From Promethearchaeota archaeon (lineage in GTDB: Archaea; Asgardarchaeota; Lokiarchaeia; Sigyniarchaeales; SOKP01), in assembly GCA_004524535.1 (NCBI GenBank), contig SDNY01000007.1:1-53623 (forward strand): DNA of 53,623 nt, in the 5' to 3' direction. Shown in pieces: positions 28,979-37,974 of the stretch. Below the pieces are notes generated by a model. It had not been told where the DNA came from. It made no database searches and was given only the letters and a program-made list of their open reading frames with translations. How positions within the stretch are numbered: the first letter of the stretch is position 1; every line of letters starts with the position of its first letter. The position numbers were made by a program, and so were the translations under genes.

Positions 28979-29617
28979 ATGGAAGTAAGGTCTGAAGAAA
29001 AATCTGATGATGTTATTACAAAAGAAGGTGAAAAATTGAGTCAAACAGTATGGCTCGAGAGAAAATCTTTCCGAGTTGCATTACTCGGAATTTTTACTGC
29101 GTTAGCAGTCGTTTTAGGGTATGCGTTGGTGTTTATTCCTAACATTGAATTATTTACTTTAATGATCTTTCTTGCAGGATTTATTATGGGAAAAAGGGAT
29201 GGAGCGATTATTGGTTTAATGAGCTCATTTATATTTGTATTTTTTAATCCTTATGGAGTTTCTCCTTTACCGCTTTTTGCTTATCAATTAGTTCATTATA
29301 CTTTAATAGGATTTTTAGGAGGAATAATGTGTAATTTCTTGGGTAAGAAAAAATCTTTTAAACCAGAGGAAGATTTATATGTTCTTCCTGTTTTAATAAT
29401 ATTCGCAATCACAGGGGCACTTATTACATTCACATATGACGTTATATCTACATTGATAGGGGCTTTGGTGATTTACGGAACATTAGACTCGTTTTGGCCC
29501 ATTTATATAATTGGATTGCCATTCACTACAATCCATCTAATTGGAAATACGCTTGGATTTATTTTTATTTTACCCATGTTAATCCAATTGATATATAAAA
29601 TACTCGATATATCATAA
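28979..29617 (+). CDS. ECF transporter S component (CbrT-like, possibly cobalamin)
   Basis: VALLGIFTALAVVLGYALVFIPNIEL...GLPFTTIHLIGN; about 6 TMs. Confidence 0.8.
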   Translation: MEVRSEEKSDDVITKEGEKLSQTVWLERKSFRVALLGIFTALAVVLGYALVFIPNIELFTLMIFLAGFIMGKRDGAIIGLMSSFIFVFFNPYGVSPLPLFAYQLVHYTLIGFLGGIMCNFLGKKKSFKPEEDLYVLPVLIIFAITGALITFTYDVISTLIGALVIYGTLDSFWPIYIIGLPFTTIHLIGNTLGFIFILPMLIQLIYKILDIS

Positions 29618-29675
29618 ATTTCAATTAAAATCGAAATATATAAACATTAATGAAGTGAAATTTTTTAAATTTTAA

Positions 29676-30140
29676 TCATTTCGATTCAGAAAGAAGCGTA
29701 ACTTTACCACCAGCAGCTTCTATTTTTTCAATTGCCCTTTTAGAGGCTTTATTTACGGATACGTTAATTTTTTTGTTAATTTGACCGCGACCTAATAATT
29801 TTTGGATATTAATCTCGTTTAAATTTATGGTATAGGTATCAGCTGATTTTTTAGCTATATTTTCAATGCTATAATCTAGATCTTTAACATTAATAGCATT
29901 TACTTTGGAAAGACGGACCATATCCTGAGGTCTCTTAAAGCCTGTTTTTCCCATAATCCAATCTGGGTCTGGAAATCCTAGCTCTTTCTGTTTTAAGTAG
30001 AAAGATCTTTTACTTTTTTTCCATTGGGTTGTTTTACCTCTCCCTGCGCGTTGACCTGTTTTTCTATGTTGTCCTACTCTTCCATAGCCACATGTACGAG
30101 TGCCTCTCATTTTTTGAATTTTTTTGGGATATTTTCTCAT
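29676..30140 (-). CDS. rpl15: 50S ribosomal protein uL15
   Basis: RGTRTCGYGRVGQHR, KLLGRG, ASKRAIEKIEAAGG motifs. Confidence 0.96.
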   Translation of the reverse strand: MRKYPKKIQKMRGTRTCGYGRVGQHRKTGQRAGRGKTTQWKKSKRSFYLKQKELGFPDPDWIMGKTGFKRPQDMVRLSKVNAINVKDLDYSIENIAKKSADTYTINLNEINIQKLLGRGQINKKINVSVNKASKRAIEKIEAAGGKVTLLSESK

Positions 30141-30158
30141 AGTTCCTCACTTTCTTAA

Positions 30159-30695
30159 TTACAACATTTTGTGAATTAATACATTAATATATTCTCCCAC
30201 ATTTCCAAGAATTCCCCCTTCAGCGTAATGCTTTTTAATTGAACCCCTGTAACCTTTTCTTGGTGGATGTAATCTAAAAACAGGTTTAAGTTTATACACA
30301 AATTTTTCATTATATTGTATTTTTCCGTTCAATAAAGCTTTAGAAAAATCTTTTATATTTTTATATTCGGTTAAATTTTTAATATATTCATCTGTGAGTG
30401 GTTTATTTCCTACAACTCTTCCTCTTACTCTCAATAATCTTACTAAAGTTTTCTCGTCAATTTCTCCATAAGCAATGTAATCTTTACATTTATTTAACAT
30501 TCCATTATAACTTTTTCCAGCCCATATCAGGACTCCGTGGTTTACTTTATGCATTCTGAGCATTTTTAACGTATCCGAGATCTTTCTTTTCATACCTGGA
30601 GCACCTCTTATCCGAATAGCGAAAATAAGGTTAGGTGCGAATTCAATTTTTTCCTTGGACGTTAATTTTTTTTTTGCCATAGACATTTCAACCAC
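30159..30695 (-). CDS. rpl30: 50S ribosomal protein uL30
   Basis: AIRIRG..DTLKMLRMHKVNH, FRLHPPRKGY motifs. Confidence 0.96.
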   Translation of the reverse strand: MVEMSMAKKKLTSKEKIEFAPNLIFAIRIRGAPGMKRKISDTLKMLRMHKVNHGVLIWAGKSYNGMLNKCKDYIAYGEIDEKTLVRLLRVRGRVVGNKPLTDEYIKNLTEYKNIKDFSKALLNGKIQYNEKFVYKLKPVFRLHPPRKGYRGSIKKHYAEGGILGNVGEYINVLIHKML

Positions 30696-30699
30696 TCAA

Positions 30700-31311
30700 T
30701 TAGATGTTAAAATTAAATTTATGAGCATTTTTAAGTGCGTCAAAAGTAGCTTTTACTAGGTTTTCGCTAGTTCGAGTATCTCCAAAAGTTTTGCTCCAGA
30801 TATCTTCAATACCGCATAACTTTAAGACTTGTTTAACTTTATCTGCACATGCTAATCCTACTCCCGCCGGAGCAGGAATAAGTTGAATCCTAACGCTTCC
30901 ACATTTTCCATTAACTCTAAATGGTATAGTGTGACTTCCATCACATCCACATTCTTTGCTGCCACAACCTGTTAAAATTGGAACTACAGAAAGTTTTGCT
31001 TTATCTATTGCTTTTCTGATTGCTGGTCCTACTTCTCTACTTTTTGCTGCGCCAACACCCAAAAAGCCATCAGAACCCACGAGTACAACAGCTTTAAATC
31101 TAGATCTTTGTCCAGATGCTGTCATTTTTTGAATCATTTTTATTGTCACTACGTCTTCACGAAGTTGTGGTAATAATATATCGATAATTTCTTTCTCTTT
31201 AACCACTAAGTTATTTTGGAAAATTCTTTTTAGGTCTATTAGACCTTCTTTTACTAATTCACCAAGCTTCGTCTTTGGAATCCACAATTCTTCCTCTCTT
31301 ATTCGACTCAT
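30700..31311 (-). CDS. rps5: 30S ribosomal protein uS5 (start likely MSRIREE at 31311)
   Basis: WIPKTKLG, GCGSKECGC, GSVRIQLIPAPAGVGL motifs. Confidence 0.96.
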   Translation of the reverse strand: MSRIREEELWIPKTKLGELVKEGLIDLKRIFQNNLVVKEKEIIDILLPQLREDVVTIKMIQKMTASGQRSRFKAVVLVGSDGFLGVGAAKSREVGPAIRKAIDKAKLSVVPILTGCGSKECGCDGSHTIPFRVNGKCGSVRIQLIPAPAGVGLACADKVKQVLKLCGIEDIWSKTFGDTRTSENLVKATFDALKNAHKFNFNI

Positions 31312-31327
31312 CTTTATCATTATGGAA

Positions 31328-31924
31328 TTAAGCGTTATTTTCAATCATATTTAAAGTATTTGAAAAGATTTGATTTAATTTTGAAGGATCAATTTTCTTT
31401 TTATTCAAGTATCCCGAGAAAACTTGATTGTATCTTTCTGGCTCGTTTTCTTTTAATAATTTTGCGTAATTTTCAATATGAGAACCATTTATTCTTTCTT
31501 CTAAACTATCTGGGAAAAATTCTTCGCTATGAGGAATATTAATACCTGCTTTCAAAACTCCTTTAATAGCAGCAAGAACACGATTTTTATGATAAAATAT
31601 TCCCAGATCAAGTATGGCAGATTCGATTTTTGCTTTTTTTGCTCTTACACCTGCTAAATAACCTGTTAAATATGCCGCTGGAATATTGCCAGTATTGGCA
31701 TTAAATCCAAATTTTAGAGATAACTCCTTGGAAAAAGTGGAGATTAATACTTTATCCCCACCCCTTTTAGATTGAATAAATTGAATTCTGATATGATTAT
31801 TAGAGGCTCTGATAACCAATCTCAACTCTTTTGATTTTAATAATTTTAATCTTTTATGGTAATTTGTTTTGCCTTGTTCCCGTCTTCTAAAGGGTCTTCT
31901 ATATCGTGGACCGCCGTGAGCCAT
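31328..31924 (-). CDS. rpl18: 50S ribosomal protein uL18
   Basis: RRREQGKTNYHKRLKLL, GNIPAAYLTG motifs. Confidence 0.96.
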   Translation of the reverse strand: MAHGGPRYRRPFRRREQGKTNYHKRLKLLKSKELRLVIRASNNHIRIQFIQSKRGGDKVLISTFSKELSLKFGFNANTGNIPAAYLTGYLAGVRAKKAKIESAILDLGIFYHKNRVLAAIKGVLKAGINIPHSEEFFPDSLEERINGSHIENYAKLLKENEPERYNQVFSGYLNKKKIDPSKLNQIFSNTLNMIENNA

Positions 31925-31925
31925 T

Positions 31926-32381
31926 TTATCTCCCTCTTCTCAATAATTCTTTGTCTTTAATATAACGATTTAATTGAGACACGCTATTAAACATGCCACC
32001 TTTAGCATTTTTATACAATTTTCTATAAGTGGTTATCGTTATCAATTTTCGATCTCTTAGTTTCTTTAAATGAGACCTAATTGGTCTGATTCTTCGAATC
32101 CAAGCTCTTTTTTTAGGAAAACGAGCATTTTTGGTTCCTTTTCTTTTTCCGAACCCTCTTCCTCTTCCTTTTATCTTTCTTTGATGCCGAATTTTTTTTC
32201 TATAATTTGAAATCCCTTTTTTATAGGCTTTTTGAATAATTCCCTCTTTAATTAGGTTACGAATATCCTCCCTTGTGATAGCCATAGCTATCTCATCCCC
32301 GAGGTATGGATCAAAATAGACTCGATTTACACCACACTTTAATATATCCGCTGCCATTCTCCTCTGAGCACTTAAATTCAT
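31926..32381 (-). CDS. rpl19e: 50S ribosomal protein eL19
   Basis: QRRMAADILKCGVNRVYFDP, AITREDIRNLI, YKNAKGGMF motifs. Confidence 0.97.
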   Translation of the reverse strand: MNLSAQRRMAADILKCGVNRVYFDPYLGDEIAMAITREDIRNLIKEGIIQKAYKKGISNYRKKIRHQRKIKGRGRGFGKRKGTKNARFPKKRAWIRRIRPIRSHLKKLRDRKLITITTYRKLYKNAKGGMFNSVSQLNRYIKDKELLRRGR

Positions 32382-32411
32382 TTTGTCATCACTCTATTTT
32401 TAATAAATTTT

Positions 32412-32912
32412 TTATTCGTCTAAATCGAGATCTTCCTCATCAAGGAAATCTTCATCTTCTAATTCTTCTTCATCAAGAAAGTCTTCATCTTCGAGCATAG
32501 CTTCAAATTCATCCATTTCCTTTTGAGAAATGCCAAGATTAAGAATCAGAAAATTTCTTTTCTGAGCGTAATCTATTAAATCTAATCGTTTTTTTGACCC
32601 TAACCTACCAGAAATCTTTATAGCATGTTTATTAGGCCTTAAATTTAACGTCTCTATATCGTATTTATTATTTATTCTAACTTCTTGGTATCCAGATGGA
32701 TGTAAACCTCGTATTTTTTTAGGACTTCTATATCCAACTGAAGGAGATTTTACGCCTGATTTGGTCTTTTTTCGTGTTTGTGAATCTATACCTCTTGCTT
32801 TTCTCCACGAATCCTTAACTCTATCATATCGCCATGATTCAACTCGTCTAAATGAGGGGCGTTTTTTCTTCATCCGTTTTCGAATCTCCAATAATCTCTC
32901 TTCTTCTGACAT
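32412..32912 (-). CDS. rpl32e: 50S ribosomal protein eL32 with acidic C-terminal tail
   Basis: WRKARGIDS, GYRSPKKIRGLHPSG motifs. Confidence 0.96.
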   Translation of the reverse strand: MSEEERLLEIRKRMKKKRPSFRRVESWRYDRVKDSWRKARGIDSQTRKKTKSGVKSPSVGYRSPKKIRGLHPSGYQEVRINNKYDIETLNLRPNKHAIKISGRLGSKKRLDLIDYAQKRNFLILNLGISQKEMDEFEAMLEDEDFLDEEELEDEDFLDEEDLDLDE

Positions 32913-32933
32913 ATTTATTCCCTTTATTATAAT

Positions 32934-33515
32934 TTACTTAATTTGCCATATTATTTCATTTCCAATTTGCTTCTTATACAAATAAACCCCGTCCTGAAAT
33001 ACTCTTGGATCTTTTTTACGAATTTTGCAACATCTTTTTAAATTAGCTGCCGTTTGGCCTAGAGATTCTCGGTCAGGCCCCTCAAGGATGATATCATCCT
33101 CTTCGACTTTTATTTTTACATTTTTTTCTATTTTTGCTTTTCTTGGTGCTCTTTCTCCTAAAAAATTTTCTACAAATAATATTTGAGCTCTTTCATCAGC
33201 CCGAACAGTAAACGGGAAATGAGAGTAACAAACTTTTGATACATACTTATACGGAGTCTGCACACCAACAATTAAATTGTGAATAATATTCATGATTGTT
33301 TTTGCCAAGGCAACAGTTTTGTTTTTTGGAAAATGTGAACTGAATATGATTTTATTTTTTTCAATTGATATCTTTATACCTCTAGCATGCGAAAAATCTT
33401 TAGAAATTGGTCCTCCATTAGGTCCTTTTACTATAATTAAATTATCCCCTTTAATTTCAACATCTACTCCCTCAGGAATCTCCAGTGTTTCACTAAAATA
33501 GGCAATTTTTACCAT
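32934..33515 (-). CDS. rpl6: 50S ribosomal protein uL6
   Basis: YSHFP, ENFLGERAPR, KDPRVFQDGVY motifs. Confidence 0.97.
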   Translation of the reverse strand: MVKIAYFSETLEIPEGVDVEIKGDNLIIVKGPNGGPISKDFSHARGIKISIEKNKIIFSSHFPKNKTVALAKTIMNIIHNLIVGVQTPYKYVSKVCYSHFPFTVRADERAQILFVENFLGERAPRKAKIEKNVKIKVEEDDIILEGPDRESLGQTAANLKRCCKIRKKDPRVFQDGVYLYKKQIGNEIIWQIK

Positions 33516-33538
33516 TTTTCCTTAACACAATAATTTAT

Positions 33539-33951
33539 TTAATATATATAACATAAAGAATGTCCACCAATACTTTTTTCTTCAGCTTCTTTTAAACTAA
33601 TTATTCCTTGATTTGTGGTCAAAATAATTAAACCTAAACCAGGAGCAGGAAGTAATTTTCTCTCCAATGCTTCTAATTGGTTAACTGTATAATTTAAGCG
33701 CATCAAGGCCTTACATTCATTGATTTTACCTAACAATGCTATTTTGAATTTACCTTGTCTGCCATCATCATATCTCTCGAACTCGCCAATATACCTTGAA
33801 TAAATCAGAATTTATTGATGTAGGCGTGGCGTTGGAATATTCTTAAGATGTGCTGGTTTAATTTCGAGGCAGGGGTGATAATTACTTCTTTCTTCTTCGC
33901 ATACTCTCCCATCTTGAGCGTGTTACACATATCTGCAAGTGTGTTTGTCAT
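33539..33951 (-). CDS. rps8: 30S ribosomal protein uS8, split by a BHB intron (exon 1 33951..33820, exon 2 33790..33539; 127 aa spliced)
   Basis: Exon 1 MTNTLADMCNTLKMGEYAKKKEVIITPASKLNQHILRIFQRHAY joined to exon 2 IGEFERYDDGRQGKFKIALLGKINEC...LLPAPGLGLIILTTNQG...GGHSLCYIY gives a complete archaeal uS8; position upstream of uL6. Confidence 0.95.
33791..33819 (-). other. 29-nt BHB intron in uS8 mRNA
   Basis: Minus strand CGCCA-C-GCCT-AC^A-TCAATAAA-TTCTGA-TTTATTCA-AGGT-AT^A-T-TGGCG: central helix GCCT/AGGT, two 3-nt bulges, inner AATAAA/TTTATT, outer CGCCA/TGGCG; contains TGA and shifts the frame. Confidence 0.9.
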
Positions 33952-34082
33952 ATTTTAATGTTTTTTTATTTATTCATAATTAATAAAATTATTCTAAGTT
34001 CTTCTAAATAGTTATGGATTAAATTTTAATTTTATTAATTAATGCCGAAAATTGAAAGAAAACTACAAAAATCTATAAGGAT

Positions 34083-35840
34083 CTAAATTTTTTTTTTTGC
34101 CTTCTGCATCCAATAATAATAATTTGATTGTGACTGGTCTGGAAATAGGGATCTAAACATTGAAAGACTCATATTAGGATTTTTTTTATATTCGCTAAGA
34201 AATTTAAGATAGTCTAACTTCATAAGATCTTCTTTAATATCTTCATAAGATATATTATATACTTCTATTGGAGTAAGTCTTTTAAATTTAATATATTCTA
34301 AGAAATTTAGAATACCCCCCCACAAGCATAAACCACCCTTAAAACCCCAAAACAATGAGATTTGCTTTCTCAATCTATCAATTGAATCTTGCTTTAAATA
34401 AATGGCTATTTCTCTTAAACTTCTGCCTTCTGATAACATTTCTGCAATAATTGGTTTTACAATTATAATTCGTGCATCTTTATTCGACCCACACCATTGT
34501 GGAATATATTCTTTTCTTACAGTCTCCCAAGGGACGCCTTTTAATTCGAAATCCATCTCGTATACTTCATATCCTTTTTTGAAAAGCCTTATGAGATGTT
34601 CTTTTATAAGTTCCAACCGTTTTGTTTGAAAATCTGTATTCCAAAATATGTTTGATAGATTAGCCACTCCATGACTAGATTCGTGAGGAAAGCCATTTTC
34701 TGAAAGATAAGTCGCACTATACCCCTGACTCATTAATATTTCTAAAATAGGTTTAAGAAAAAGAATCCTTGCGTTGTCTATACTAACCCAATATTCATTA
34801 ATTCTTTTAAGTACAACATCTTTAGAACATATTATACCATATTCAATTCCAAGAATTTCTGCGATTTTAGGACTCCAGAATCCTCTAGCTATTAGTGGAA
34901 TTAATAAAATAGGAGGTATAATTATTTTTGAACCCCCTTTTCCCCCCGTATCTATATTACCGATTCTATTCTTGAATTCTTCTTTAAATTTTTTAATCCA
35001 ATCAATTTCACGAGTTCTTAATTTTGAATCCGACCAACAGATCTCCAAAATCTCCCAAGTGAAGACCCCATTTTTTCCAATAAAACCGATCCCGTCTTTG
35101 GAGAGTCTTGTAAGCTTCTTTAGATTTTCACTTGCTATATTTTCAAAATCTCTCATAAGCTGATAAATTTCTAATTCTTTATTATTTTCAAAAGCATCAA
35201 CTTGATACCAAAACCATCGAGAAGAAAATCTCTCAGTAGTAAAACCAATTTGGATTAAACCGTCATCTATCGGATTCATTCCTATATCTTTAATTTGAGT
35301 AATTTTATATATTATTCCAGACCATTGATATTTCGCCCTATGAGAATAGATATCTATTAAAGTGAGAATTGGATGAGTACCACCATATCTTATATTCGAA
35401 TGTTCTTCTCTATCTTTTTCAGCTATATATTGCTGAAGTCCAAATATAAAGGGTTCAATCAGTTCATCAAAATCAATAGGGTATGGTTTAGCTATATATC
35501 CCTCGCTAACCTTATGAGATTTTTTTGAATATTGTGTTATTCCAAATTTTGCGATTAAGTTATCTGAGCTCATCTGATATTTTTGCCTAATCCAATTTTC
35601 ATATATTTTATTAAATTTAGGTAAAGTTATGAATATTAAGTTCTCCATCCCTTTAATATAGTGTTCGCTTGAGATGATATTTTGATTTAAATAAGCTTTA
35701 GAGCATAGATCGCAAGTATATTCCCAATTCAAAAAGAACCCATTATTTAGCAATAGTGGAAAATGAAGATCTAAAAATCTGTAAACAAGAGTTGTATCGT
35801 CTTGTTCAGAGTATTTAATCGACAAATTTTTTAGCGACAA
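34083..35840 (-). CDS. Free-standing GIY-YIG endonuclease-like protein with C-terminal tandem helical repeats, inserted between uS14 and uS8
   Basis: SGIIYKIT...QIGFTT.RFSSRW...FTWEILE...REIDWI...GNIDTGGKGG follows the GIY-YIG motif order (Tyr of YIG replaced by Gln). Confidence 0.7.
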   Translation of the reverse strand: MSLKNLSIKYSEQDDTTLVYRFLDLHFPLLLNNGFFLNWEYTCDLCSKAYLNQNIISSEHYIKGMENLIFITLPKFNKIYENWIRQKYQMSSDNLIAKFGITQYSKKSHKVSEGYIAKPYPIDFDELIEPFIFGLQQYIAEKDREEHSNIRYGGTHPILTLIDIYSHRAKYQWSGIIYKITQIKDIGMNPIDDGLIQIGFTTERFSSRWFWYQVDAFENNKELEIYQLMRDFENIASENLKKLTRLSKDGIGFIGKNGVFTWEILEICWSDSKLRTREIDWIKKFKEEFKNRIGNIDTGGKGGSKIIIPPILLIPLIARGFWSPKIAEILGIEYGIICSKDVVLKRINEYWVSIDNARILFLKPILEILMSQGYSATYLSENGFPHESSHGVANLSNIFWNTDFQTKRLELIKEHLIRLFKKGYEVYEMDFELKGVPWETVRKEYIPQWCGSNKDARIIIVKPIIAEMLSEGRSLREIAIYLKQDSIDRLRKQISLFWGFKGGLCLWGGILNFLEYIKFKRLTPIEVYNISYEDIKEDLMKLDYLKFLSEYKKNPNMSLSMFRSLFPDQSQSNYYYWMQKAKKKI

Positions 35841-35901
35841 ATAAATAGTTTTAAATATTTTAAATATTAAATATTAAATATTTTAGCGACAAATAAATAG
35901 T
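35829..35901. repeat. 21-bp direct repeat TTTTAGCGACAAATAAATAGT (35829-35849, 35881-35901) separated by TTAAATA iterations
   Basis: Exact match read in the sequence; overlaps the putative TTG start of the nuclease ORF. Confidence 0.85.
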
Positions 35902-35953
35902 ATGCCCCAAATTAGATATTCTATTACTTAAGAGTGATAAAAAAGAGTTGCTT

Positions 35954-36103
35954 TTATTCATAACGCTTAAATCCAATGTCCTTACCGATTTCATAAAAGC
36001 ATCTGCGGCAAATATTTAACCCATAGCGCCTTATAATGGCCCTATGCGTTCCACACCTTCTACACTCCCTTCTTCCCTTTCCAAAATCTTTTCCTTGCGG
36101 CAT
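35954..36103 (-). CDS. rps14: 30S ribosomal protein uS14 (zinc-binding; not in ORF track)
   Basis: [49 protein letters not shown]. Confidence 0.96.
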   Translation of the reverse strand: MPQGKDFGKGRRECRRCGTHRAIIRRYGLNICRRCFYEIGKDIGFKRYE

Positions 36104-36151
36104 GTTTTCCTTGTTTTTTTATTTTTTTTTAATTATTTATTCACAGAAGAA

Positions 36152-36730
36152 CTACCATTCTAAATCGAGCTTTTTCACTATTGATACATTATATTTTTTA
36201 TTAAGAAATTCTTGGGTTTCCAATTTAGACACATAGTGATGCTTTGAGATTTTAGATCTTTTAGTTCTTCTATTTTTTACTCTCATTCCAGGTCTCACGA
36301 TTTTTCCACAAACATCCAAACCATATATTCCAATTTCCGTATCATATTCGATGCCAGGAATCGAAATATGTTCTGGTATTCCAAAGCCAAAATTTCCATA
36401 ATTATCGAAACTTTTTTTGAGGATCTTATTGTTGGTCACAATCAATAATCTTTTTAATAATTTTTCGCCCTCCTTTCCTCGAACTGTTACTTTGGTCCCT
36501 ATGGGGCGCCCTATTCTCAAATTGAACTCTTTAATATTTTTTTTTGACATAGTTTTTACAGCTTTTCTCCCTGTAATCGTTTCTAAAACGGTTGTCGCCC
36601 TTTCTAATTCCTCGCCACCAGCGCCAACACCTATATTTAGTACAATTTTTTCAAGAAATGGTCTTTTCATTGGATTTTTCCATATTTCCTCAAAATCAGA
36701 TTTTTGAGTCTTTTGGGCTTTGGATGACAT
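36152..36730 (-). CDS. rpl5: 50S ribosomal protein uL5
   Basis: NPMKRPFLEKIVLNIGVG, PIGTKVTVRG, FDNYGNFGFGIPEHI motifs. Confidence 0.97.
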   Translation of the reverse strand: MSSKAQKTQKSDFEEIWKNPMKRPFLEKIVLNIGVGAGGEELERATTVLETITGRKAVKTMSKKNIKEFNLRIGRPIGTKVTVRGKEGEKLLKRLLIVTNNKILKKSFDNYGNFGFGIPEHISIPGIEYDTEIGIYGLDVCGKIVRPGMRVKNRRTKRSKISKHHYVSKLETQEFLNKKYNVSIVKKLDLEW

Positions 36731-36750
36731 TTAAATACTCACTTATTTTC

Positions 36751-37506
36751 TTATATTTCAATTTTAGGTAAATTAATTTCTGATTCATTCTCTCCTATGA
36801 TAAATGTATAATCATACAAAGTTTCTGTATGATCTCCATTATGTTCAATTGAAACCGTACTTGCTTTTGGTCCAAATAATTTTTTAATATTTATTATTTT
36901 TCCTATTTGTCCGATGTTTTTACCGGACATTATGAGAGCTAAATTGTTTTCTTTAAATTTCAGATTTTTAAGAATTTCTTGGTCAGGAATAGAAATTTTT
37001 AAGACATCCATCCTTTTATAAATATCTTCTTTGGGGTTTCTTGGATCCTTTACTCTTAGTAGAACATTTCTCCCATCGTGTAGGTTTAATTGAACATGAC
37101 CTCCTTTAACAGTAGTTTTTTGATTTATTCTGCATAATTTGAAAGTACTTTCTGCTTCTGGTATTTCGTGTAAAAATAAACCATAATGAGAATCTGGGAG
37201 TATTCGGTAATGTTTATTAATTTTTTCAATACTTAAGACATCCATTAAACCAACAGGATAATTTTTATCTCTAATAACTTTACCATCAACTTTAAAATGC
37301 CCAAGTTTTATCAATTTTTTTGCTTCTCGATGAGTATCAACGATTTTAAGAAGATCTCTTATTATATGTAAGAGCGGTAAACAAAATCTAGTTGGATGAG
37401 GTCCAGGAGATGGCTTTAAAAAAAACGTCCCATGTTTTCGTTTTATTTGCAAAAATTTTGGTGTATTTAATCTTTTTAATACTCTTTGTCCTGCATGCCT
37501 TGTCAT
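36751..37506 (-). CDS. rps4e: 30S ribosomal protein eS4
   Basis: LKRLNTP, PSPGPH, VDGKVIRD..YPVGLMDV, QLNLHDGRN motifs. Confidence 0.97.
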   Translation of the reverse strand: MTRHAGQRVLKRLNTPKFLQIKRKHGTFFLKPSPGPHPTRFCLPLLHIIRDLLKIVDTHREAKKLIKLGHFKVDGKVIRDKNYPVGLMDVLSIEKINKHYRILPDSHYGLFLHEIPEAESTFKLCRINQKTTVKGGHVQLNLHDGRNVLLRVKDPRNPKEDIYKRMDVLKISIPDQEILKNLKFKENNLALIMSGKNIGQIGKIINIKKLFGPKASTVSIEHNGDHTETLYDYTFIIGENESEINLPKIEI

Positions 37507-37509
37507 TAT

Positions 37510-37953
37510 TTATTCCTCCTCTCCCTTTCCTTTTCCCTTTTCTCCTTTCTTTGGACCCACTAATTCCTCTCCCCATATAAATCCAGACTTTTTTTCAATC
37601 ATAGCAGAGCGCCAACCATCCATTTTCTTCCCGATTTTTCTAAACTTAGTTATAACTAGATTAGAAACATGAATAGTTGGATGAAATTGTGTCCCATCCG
37701 CTTTATCAAAGACACATTCCTTAACTTTAACTCTTAAATTTTTAGTAATTTCTAACACTTCGCCCTCAAAATCTCTGAACTCCCCAGAACACACTCTAAC
37801 GCTGTCGCCCACACGCAAGGGTATTCTCTTTATTCCAAATTCGTCTCGAAGAAAATCAGCTAATCGACAAGTTAATAATTTCGACCGTTGATGCTTTTTA
37901 TATTTATAGAGAGCCTTTCTCTGTTTAGTTGGCTTTTTTGACTTAACTTTCAT
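37510..37953 (-). CDS. rpl24: 50S ribosomal protein uL24
   Basis: SKKPTKQRK, LRVGDSVRVCSGEF KOW motif, IHVSNLVI. Confidence 0.95.
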   Translation of the reverse strand: MKVKSKKPTKQRKALYKYKKHQRSKLLTCRLADFLRDEFGIKRIPLRVGDSVRVCSGEFRDFEGEVLEITKNLRVKVKECVFDKADGTQFHPTIHVSNLVITKFRKIGKKMDGWRSAMIEKKSGFIWGEELVGPKKGEKGKGKGEEE

Positions 37954-37974
37954 GTTTTTTACACTTTTTAAATG

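Noticed and set aside
33803-33810. In-frame TGA after uS8 exon 1 read as selenocysteine, since the genome has Sec machinery
   Set aside because: The insert is 29 nt, so readthrough would not regain the exon 2 frame; BHB excision explains the sequence exactly.
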